Below, piece after piece: positions 57,559-64,000 of a stretch of DNA of 64,000 nt. The stretch is from Dehalococcoidia bacterium UBA7891 (lineage in GTDB: Bacteria; Chloroflexota; Dehalococcoidia; Lucifugimonadales; UBA826). The position numbers and the translations under genes are program-made. The stretch lies in assembly GCA_002500485.1 (NCBI GenBank), contig DLRJ01000062.1, positions 577-64,576 on the forward strand, written 5' to 3'. A model generated the notes under the pieces. It saw nothing but the letters and a program-made list of their open reading frames with translations. It made no database searches and was not told the origin of the DNA. Each line of letters begins with the position of its first letter. The stretch's first letter is position 1.

Positions 57559-57879
57559 GGGTTGCCCTAAAAGCTGCTCGGCATCTCTCCTAGAACCGCG
57601 ACAAGTTTCATATATGTGCTTTTTCTTCCCTTGTAAATCTGGAGGGCCTAGGTATCTCACTTCCCAGGCGTTGTTTCATCTAAATGTGATGTGGATAGTT
57701 TCCACTGTTGGTGTTTGCCGGACCACCCGGTACACTCTATCTCTCTAGCGCGTCTGCAAAATGTCGAAAATGCTCTTTACTGGAGCGGTAGGATGAGCCA
57801 TTACCCCTGGTTCTGTGCGGAACAGTGGTGGCCACTTATAGGGACCTTATTCCCTGACCTTTCAGCCGAGTGATCAGTG
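57559..57879. other. Unusually long, GC-enriched non-coding spacer between convergent genes (candidate ncRNA or decayed gene)
   Basis: Five consecutive hand-counted 60-nt blocks are 50, 47, 48, 48 and 53% GC in a ~40% GC window. Only Cys/Trp-rich, non-protein-like ORFs are present. Confidence 0.3.
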
Positions 57880-59073
57880 CTAGGTGAATACTACTTCAGA
57901 GTCGACCATTTTTTTGATTTCATCGGCAGAGTAGCCAATTTCTCTTAGGATATTTTCAGAGTGTGCCCCTGGAATTGTCCCAAGGTTTCGGACCGCCCCT
58001 GGAGTATCTGTAAGCTTTGAACCAAACCCTACTTGAGTTATGACTGCTCCATCCACGCTACCTGCCTCAATGAACATGTTTCTAGCTTTCATGTGTGGAT
58101 CATCTAGAACCTCATTGAACTCATAGACAGGTGCTGCCGCCACATCTTCGGCTTCCCTGAATATATCCCACCATTCATCTCTCTTTTTGGTTTTAAACGT
58201 GGCTTCTAACTCACGCATTATCAATTGGTATTCATGCTCATTGTGCTGGCTGCTGGCAAATTGTTCCAAATTTAGTGTGGAGCAAAGATTTTTCCAGAAA
58301 TTAGGTTCGATACAGCCAAGGCTAATGTATTTACCATCCTGACATTCAAAAACATTGTAATAAGGGACACCACCATTTAATGTCATCTGACCAGGCTTTG
58401 GGATTAGCCCAGAATTAAAATATTCTCCTGATATGGCTGATAACAGGTAGGTGACGCCGTCTGACATTGAGGTGTCTATTTTTTGTCCTCTGCCGGTGTT
58501 TGTTCTGGAAAAAAGAGCACAAACGATTGAATAAGCCGCATTCATACCTCCGGCTGCGAAATCTGCAATAAGGTTATATGGGATTGAAGGCGTACCATTT
58601 TTGCTGCCAATTAATCCTAAAGCCCCACCCACGGAGATATAGTTCACATCATGTCCCACTAAATCCTTGTATGGTCCAGTCTGCCCATAGCCGGATATAG
58701 AACAATAAATTATTGAAGGATTAATCTCTTTAATGGTTTCATAATTACAACCCAGTCTGGTTACTACCTCAGGTCTGAATCCTTCAATAAAAACATCGGC
58801 TTTTTGGCAAAGTTGATGCAATATTTTTATTCCATCTTTTTCCTTTAAATCTAATACTATGCTTCTTTTATTTCGGTTTAATGGGTTGCTTGCCGCTTTT
58901 TTGCGGGTTTCTGCGTCATTAATGATTTTGGAAGCTATTATTCTGGATGTAGGAGGTGCTTCAACTTTTATAACGTCGGCCCCCATATCACCAAGCATCA
59001 TCGAACAAAATGGTCCTGGGGCCATTCTGCTTAAATCAACGATTTTTACTCCATCTAATGCGCCTTTCGTCAT
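57880..59073 (-). CDS. Family III CoA-transferase superfamily, alpha-methylacyl-CoA-racemase-like
   Basis: VKIVDLSRMAPGPFCSMMLGDMGADVIKVE. GHDVNYISVGGAL plus NLIADFAAGG match the MCR His/Asp pair context. The ATG overlaps the upstream stop by 1 nt (TGATG). Confidence 0.8.
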   Translation of the reverse strand: MTKGALDGVKIVDLSRMAPGPFCSMMLGDMGADVIKVEAPPTSRIIASKIINDAETRKKAASNPLNRNKRSIVLDLKEKDGIKILHQLCQKADVFIEGFRPEVVTRLGCNYETIKEINPSIIYCSISGYGQTGPYKDLVGHDVNYISVGGALGLIGSKNGTPSIPYNLIADFAAGGMNAAYSIVCALFSRTNTGRGQKIDTSMSDGVTYLLSAISGEYFNSGLIPKPGQMTLNGGVPYYNVFECQDGKYISLGCIEPNFWKNLCSTLNLEQFASSQHNEHEYQLIMRELEATFKTKKRDEWWDIFREAEDVAAAPVYEFNEVLDDPHMKARNMFIEAGSVDGAVITQVGFGSKLTDTPGAVRNLGTIPGAHSENILREIGYSADEIKKMVDSEVVFT

Positions 59074-60329
59074 CAAAATGATTGCTCCAATATACCTTCA
59101 TTTAATAAATTCGCAGCTTCTGAGGGACCCATAGAAAGAATTTCATCAAGGATTTCCAAATTGTGTTCACCAACCATGGCCTGGGCTCGAGTTAGACTCC
59201 CTGGCGTTTTTGACAGTGTGAACTGCAGTCCGTCGTATGGCATCGGACCAACCTCTGAGTGTTCAAGCCATTGAAAAAAGTCCGTGTGCTTGAGTTGAGG
59301 ATCCTCCCACATATCAGACTGACTTTGTACCATTCCACATGGGATTTCGTGGCTTTGTAGCAAATTCATAATTTGTCTAGCATCCTTCTGTAAAGTCCAG
59401 TTCGAGATTAAATTGTCTATTTGATCTTTGTTCAATTTCCGCTCTGCCAAATTTTGATTAGATATCGCCTCTGGTAAATCCAAAACTTTTGAAAATTCAG
59501 TCCATTGGGATTCAGATTCTATGGCTATTGCAACCCATGATTCCTCTGTGTCGGTGAGACCCCTTTCCTTATCTAGACACTGAAATATCCCATGCGGCGA
59601 CATCTCTTCGTCCTCGTTTCCCATCCTACCTAGAATGAAGCCATCCTCGTTGTATTTCATGATATGTGGAGCTAGAAAGTGCATCGCCCCCTCATACTGT
59701 GAAAGGTCAATATGTTGTCCTTTTCCGTAACGATCCCGGTAATCAAGTGCTGCCACTATTGACCCAAAAGCTACAGGAGGGTTGAGGAAGTCAGAATATG
59801 CCCCATAAGGTCCAGCGGGGCCCCTATCAGGCCACCCTGTGATTTCGTAAAACCCAGCCATTGCTCCCGCCAGTTGCCCAAATCCTGCGTAATTGTTATG
59901 TGGCCCATATTGGCCCATTAGGCAGGTACTAAAATAAATCACATCTGGGGCTATTCTTTTAACAGAAAGGTAGTCAAGACCCCACGATTTCATAACGCGT
60001 GGTGTGAAACTTTCTGCTATCACGTCAGGTTGCCACTGAACTATGATATCTTTTATTAGGTCTACGGATTTCGGGATTGATAAATTGACTCCCAGATTCC
60101 TTTTGCTTGAGTTGTAATTTCCACTAAATTGACTTCTATTTATGCCTGGTATTGCGTCCTTAAAAGGCGGTGCCCCTCTTAGTACGTCAGGTCTACTTAC
60201 AGACTCTATTTTTATTACATCTGCCCCGTGGTCGGCAAAGTATTTTGTTGTGATGGGGCCGACACCAACCCATGTAAAATCTAAAACTTTTAGACCGTCA
60301 AAAAGAAGTTCTGATGTGTTGTTTTGCAC
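59073..60329 (-). CDS. Family III CoA-transferase (Asp-type)
   Basis: LKVLDFTWVGVGPITTKYFADHGADVIKIE. Catalytic context AYSDFLNP. The GTG start overlaps the upstream TAG by 1 nt. Confidence 0.8.
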   Translation of the reverse strand: MQNNTSELLFDGLKVLDFTWVGVGPITTKYFADHGADVIKIESVSRPDVLRGAPPFKDAIPGINRSQFSGNYNSSKRNLGVNLSIPKSVDLIKDIIVQWQPDVIAESFTPRVMKSWGLDYLSVKRIAPDVIYFSTCLMGQYGPHNNYAGFGQLAGAMAGFYEITGWPDRGPAGPYGAYSDFLNPPVAFGSIVAALDYRDRYGKGQHIDLSQYEGAMHFLAPHIMKYNEDGFILGRMGNEDEEMSPHGIFQCLDKERGLTDTEESWVAIAIESESQWTEFSKVLDLPEAISNQNLAERKLNKDQIDNLISNWTLQKDARQIMNLLQSHEIPCGMVQSQSDMWEDPQLKHTDFFQWLEHSEVGPMPYDGLQFTLSKTPGSLTRAQAMVGEHNLEILDEILSMGPSEAANLLNEGILEQSF

Positions 60330-61606
60330 TATATAATCCCCCTCTTCCTTAACGCTTCGATTTCGGATTTGCCTATGCCAAGACTTTTGAATATTTCTTC
60401 ATTATGAGATCCAACACTGGGGGAGGGAGAGTAAACTTTTAGAGGAGTTTCAGACATCTTCATATAGGGTCCTAGATGAGTTATATCCTTACCAAATTCC
60501 GGATGATAAACATCAATCCAAAATGATCTTGCCTCTAATTGGGGGCTTTTTCTAATATCTTCAACGGTATTGCAAGGTGCCACCAAAAGCCCAGCAGATA
60601 GAGCCCTTTCAAAAATTTCCATTTTTGTTTTTATTGAAAGGAAACTCTCTATAGCTTTTTCAACTTTTTTGAACTCAGAGGCTTCTTTACCATTCGGGTC
60701 ACTATCAGGTTTAAGGTTCCATTTATCAATATTAAAACCTAGGATCTCTTTTTCGATCTCAATTTCTTCTGACATCCACCTAATAAACCCATCAAGTGTT
60801 TTGGCCTGCGCATTCATACTTACATATCCATCAGCACATCTAAATACATGTCTTGCATCTATAGGACCTCTTTTTCTGAATGCCCCCGCCCTGGTTACAT
60901 CAGTGCCGTGTAATTGAGGAAATGGCGTGGCGTTCATTAAAGTCCACATCACCGCTATTTGTTCCGATACATCTACATGTTGTCCAGTTTTACTGTTTCT
61001 ACTGTGCCTTAAGGCAGCTACTGTTGCTCCAAAAGCCTGGGATCCAGCAACTAATTCGGCCTGTGGAAAGCTTATTCTTACGGGTGGACGATCCTCGTCA
61101 CCACTTACAAAAGGCATTCCGCCCATTGAACTGGTTATTAGATCCGTGGATATGAAACCAGCATATGGTCCGGTTGAGCCGAAAGGCGTCATAGAGGTAT
61201 GCACTAATTGGGGATTTATTTTTGCAAGGGTTTCAAATCCTATATTTAATGAATCAAGATATCCAGGCTGAAACGATTCTAATATTGCATCACTTTTGTT
61301 CACCAACTTAAGAAATATTTGCCTTCCTTCATCGGTATCAAGTAAAAGGGAAATACCTTTTTTGTTGGAGTTATATGATGCCCAATATAGGCTTCTGGGC
61401 TTACCATCTGAATTTTTTGTAAAGGGTCCTCTGAGACGGGTTTGACTGCCACCAGGGGGCTCTATTTTGATGACTTCCGCTCCCATATCTCCCAAGAGCC
61501 GACCGCAAATATTATGGCCTCCTTCGGCCAGATCTAAAATGGTATAAGGCAGAAGCCTTTCTTGAGTTGGAGGACATAAAGATTCCATTTCGTCGGAGAC
61601 CACCAT
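60329..61606 (-). CDS. Family III CoA-transferase paralogue with Glu at the catalytic-Asp position
   Basis: YTILDLAEGGHNICGRLLGDMGAEVIKIE. The catalytic-position context is FPQAELVAGS (Glu codon GAA = + strand 61055-61057). C-terminal VGSHNEEIF. Confidence 0.8.
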   Translation of the reverse strand: MVVSDEMESLCPPTQERLLPYTILDLAEGGHNICGRLLGDMGAEVIKIEPPGGSQTRLRGPFTKNSDGKPRSLYWASYNSNKKGISLLLDTDEGRQIFLKLVNKSDAILESFQPGYLDSLNIGFETLAKINPQLVHTSMTPFGSTGPYAGFISTDLITSSMGGMPFVSGDEDRPPVRISFPQAELVAGSQAFGATVAALRHSRNSKTGQHVDVSEQIAVMWTLMNATPFPQLHGTDVTRAGAFRKRGPIDARHVFRCADGYVSMNAQAKTLDGFIRWMSEEIEIEKEILGFNIDKWNLKPDSDPNGKEASEFKKVEKAIESFLSIKTKMEIFERALSAGLLVAPCNTVEDIRKSPQLEARSFWIDVYHPEFGKDITHLGPYMKMSETPLKVYSPSPSVGSHNEEIFKSLGIGKSEIEALRKRGII

Positions 61607-61625
61607 ATGTGATTTAGATATCTAA

Positions 61626-62813
61626 CTAAGCCCTCGGTAAACCTAAACCTCGATCTGCAATGATGTTTCTTTGGATTTCTGAAGTACCGGCAGCTATTGT
61701 GGATGAAAAAGAGCTCAAATACATTTTCTGGACGGCCCCTTCCAAGGGTGATAGATCTGATTCATGTGATAACAGGCCTTTCATATCTATTATGTTCATT
61801 GCCGTATTTGCTACTCTTTGTACCAACTCAGTTCCAAATAGTTTAGACATGGAAGCCTCAGCATTTGGGACCATACCGTTGCTCTGCATCCAAGCGACCT
61901 TATATGACATAGACCTTGAAACTTCTGTTTCAATATGTCTTTCAGCAAGTCTATTTCGAACTAATTGGTTTTCAGAAAGCAGGTTGCCATTTTTATGTGC
62001 TGACTTTACATAGACTGTCAGAGATTCAAGTATTCTTCTTGCATTGGCTGAATAGCCAACTCCCGACCTTTCGAAGTCTAAAGCCACCGCAAGGGTATAC
62101 CAACCGCGATTTTCTTCTCCCACTAGGTTTTTGGAAGGTATTCTGACATCTTCAAAGAAAACCTCATTGAATTCATGAGAGCCGGCCATGTTGTATATTG
62201 GCCTTACCGTAACTCCAGGTGATTTCATATCCACCATGAATAAACTAATACCCCTGTGTTTTGGGGCTTCAGGATTAGTTCTTGCCGCTAGCCACCCAAA
62301 GTCTGCGATATGAGCGGAGCTGGTCCATATTTTTGAGCCATTGATTACGTAGTCGTCACCATCTTTTTGTGCTTGTGTTTGGAGTGAGGCTAAATCTGAT
62401 CCTGACCCAGGTTCACTATAAAGAGTGCACCAATAGGCATCGCCATTTCCAATAGGAGGTAGATGTTCCTTTCTTTGTTCATGGGTACCGGCAATCATCA
62501 AGGTAGGCCCGACCCAGCTAATAGCACCTGTTCCTAGATCTGTTCCCGGAACATCCTGATAAGTCATCTCTTCTCGGTATATCAATTGCTCCATTATTGA
62601 GCGACCCTGACCCCCATATTCTTCAGGCCATGCCATGGTCAACCAACCCTTTTCTGCCAGCTTTTTGGCCATGGATTTGGTAAACGGTAAATTCTCCTTA
62701 GAAAAATGACTTTCTGGTGATAAAGAATTCCAGTCTTCAGGCAATTCTTTATCTAAAAACTCCAGTAATTCACTTCTGAAATCTTCTTCTTTTTCTGTAA
62801 ATGTATACTGCAT
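61626..62813 (-). CDS. Acyl-CoA dehydrogenase
   Basis: ACAD N/M/C domain layout and YWCTLYSEPGSGSD. The C-terminus reads AAGTSEIQRNII, lacking the MCAD-type YEGT glutamate, as in IVD/LCAD-type enzymes. Confidence 0.85.
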   Translation of the reverse strand: MQYTFTEKEEDFRSELLEFLDKELPEDWNSLSPESHFSKENLPFTKSMAKKLAEKGWLTMAWPEEYGGQGRSIMEQLIYREEMTYQDVPGTDLGTGAISWVGPTLMIAGTHEQRKEHLPPIGNGDAYWCTLYSEPGSGSDLASLQTQAQKDGDDYVINGSKIWTSSAHIADFGWLAARTNPEAPKHRGISLFMVDMKSPGVTVRPIYNMAGSHEFNEVFFEDVRIPSKNLVGEENRGWYTLAVALDFERSGVGYSANARRILESLTVYVKSAHKNGNLLSENQLVRNRLAERHIETEVSRSMSYKVAWMQSNGMVPNAEASMSKLFGTELVQRVANTAMNIIDMKGLLSHESDLSPLEGAVQKMYLSSFSSTIAAGTSEIQRNIIADRGLGLPRA

Positions 62814-62904
62814 ATACCACTATTTTTGGTAAGTTCTAAATGCTCTTATTCTCGCATCCTACTACACATAGATGGTTCATAGAAACAATGCTCGTTTGAC
62901 GAAA

Positions 62905-63693
62905 TTAAAGTTTTCCAGGCATACCTCCATCAACATTTATTATCTCTCCTGTGATAAATCTGGAATCGTTTGATACTAGGAATAAAACGGTATTGGCTAC
63001 GTCATCGGGGTAACCTGCACCTTCTAATATTTGGATAAAATCGAAGGCCCCTTTGAGGGAATGATTTCCACCGCCGACATCGGTCAAAGGAGTTATGATT
63101 TGACCAGGTCTTACGCCGTTTACTCTAATGTTGTGTTGGCCACCCATACCAGCTGCATATCTGGTAAATGCATCAACACCTGCTTTTGCTGCGTAATAGG
63201 AGGACGAAGGCCCGCGGCCTACCAGATCGTACATGTTTTTACTAAACCCTCTTTGAGCTGCTAGTGACGACATGTTTACGATTCGCCCGTTTCCTGATTC
63301 GATCAAATGGGACCATGCAGCACGACATACGTAGAATGTCCCATTCAAATTTACCGCAATGACCCTGTCCCAACCTTCATCTGTTTCGTCGGGGAAGTTA
63401 CCTTTATCACCACCTCCTGCATTGTTAAAGAGAACACTTATTTTTCCGTATGTTGAGACAACATTTTCGACTACTTCATCTACTTGGCCTCTTTCCGCTA
63501 CATCACATTGAAAAAATGTGGCTTCTCCACCGGAAGCTTTTATAGCAGATTCGACTTCTTTTCCTTCTTTCTCTCTTCTAGCTAAGATCGCAACCTTCGC
63601 CCCTTCTTTTGCAAACAGGTGGGCAGTTGCTTCGCCTATCCCGCTGTTTCCCCCTGTCACTATAGCTACATCGCCGTCCAGTTTGTTTGCCAT
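62905..63693 (-). CDS. SDR-family oxidoreductase
   Basis: TGGNSGIGEA, NNAG and YYAAKAG (YxxxK). The ATG at 63693 is 6 nt after AAGGAG. The alternative ATG 63711 would overlap the upstream stop. Confidence 0.85.
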   Translation of the reverse strand: MANKLDGDVAIVTGGNSGIGEATAHLFAKEGAKVAILARREKEGKEVESAIKASGGEATFFQCDVAERGQVDEVVENVVSTYGKISVLFNNAGGGDKGNFPDETDEGWDRVIAVNLNGTFYVCRAAWSHLIESGNGRIVNMSSLAAQRGFSKNMYDLVGRGPSSSYYAAKAGVDAFTRYAAGMGGQHNIRVNGVRPGQIITPLTDVGGGNHSLKGAFDFIQILEGAGYPDDVANTVLFLVSNDSRFITGEIINVDGGMPGKL

Positions 63694-63707
63694 CACTATC
63701 TCCTTAT

Positions 63708-64000
63708 TCATTTAAGTACTCCCGAAACATATAAGTCATCTATTTTTGATTCAGCTACTCCTAAAAGGTCCCCTAAAATGTATTCAGTGTGCTCTCCTAG
63801 TAGCGGGGCCCTATCAACTTTGGGTGTGACACCAGACATTGAAATCGTCTCACCGTGAACCTTCATTGAGTCGATTTCTGGGTGTGGCATATCGATAACG
63901 TGAGTGTCAGTGAAACTTTTATCCCGTTTAAGTAAGTCTTCAGTATCTTGAACCACGCCAGCGGGTACACCGTGGGATTGTAGTAGGTTCATTACCTCGT
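63708..64000 (-). CDS. Family III CoA-transferase, C-terminal part only (5' end beyond window edge)
   Basis: The frame is open to nt 64000. The C-terminal hallmark APLLGEHTEYILGDLLG is present. Confidence 0.7.
   Translation of the reverse strand, partial: EVMNLLQSHGVPAGVVQDTEDLLKRDKSFTDTHVIDMPHPEIDSMKVHGETISMSGVTPKVDRAPLLGEHTEYILGDLLGVAESKIDDLYVSGVLK

Noticed and set aside
57600-57680. IS3-family orfA remnant suggested by the minus-strand peptide RPSRFTREEKAHI
   Set aside because: It is only a ~13-aa resemblance, terminated by a stop, with no inverted repeats, no DDE region and no continuation in any frame. That is insufficient for a mobile-element call, so it is left as a hypothesis inside the non-coding-spacer finding.
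57836-57860. SRP/4.5S RNA-like motif (GGTCAGGGAATAAGGTCCC on the minus strand)
   Set aside because: It only superficially resembles the conserved GGUCCGGAAGGAAGCAGCC helix-8 core. The GGAA tetraloop and the AGCA symmetric-loop elements are missing.

Overview
About 64 kb of roughly 40% GC, densely coding prokaryotic DNA. I call about 56 CDS and see no rRNA, tRNA, CRISPR array, transposase or integrase. The content is a catabolic, paralogue-rich gene set. It holds 8 family-III (CaiB/BaiF-type) CoA-transferase domains in 7 genes, 2 crotonases, an acyl-CoA dehydrogenase, 2 SDRs and 2 enolase-superfamily dehydratases. It also holds 2 luciferase-like (LLM) oxidoreductases, a PPOX-class enzyme, 3 ThDP enzyme units, a Cys-type sulfatase, a GGT, and a peptide/glutathione-type ABC importer. 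Split FO-synthase genes cofG/cofH (F420 headgroup) are present. A short housekeeping block carries glnS, orn, a ybaK-like gene, msrA and a PTP. Only one transcription factor is visible (XRE-type, 1193..2053). This composition resembles what is reported for marine SAR202-type Chloroflexota, but that is an inference from gene content only and cannot be verified here.

The items most worth a second look are listed below.
1. A three-gene module of DUF1800, DUF1501 and an NHL beta-propeller occurs twice (5471..9097 on +, 36208..39832 on -). Gene order is permuted between the copies, and none of the six proteins has a signal peptide.
2. A single-chain fusion of two family-III CoA-transferase domains (14314..16722) has Glu at the catalytic Asp position in its N-terminal domain. 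The same Glu-type to Asp-type order recurs as separate overlapping genes at 59073..61606.
3. A roughly 1.2 kb island of 52-57% GC carries a crotonase (26880..28075).
4. An OppB/DppB-type permease has a conserved N-terminus upstream of any ATG/GTG/TTG, apparently starting at ATC behind a perfect AAGGAG.
5. There are two odd non-coding stretches. One is a terminator-capped leader at 931..1192. The other is a 321-nt, roughly 49% GC convergent spacer at 57559..57879.

All product calls come from motif recognition by eye. No database search was run.
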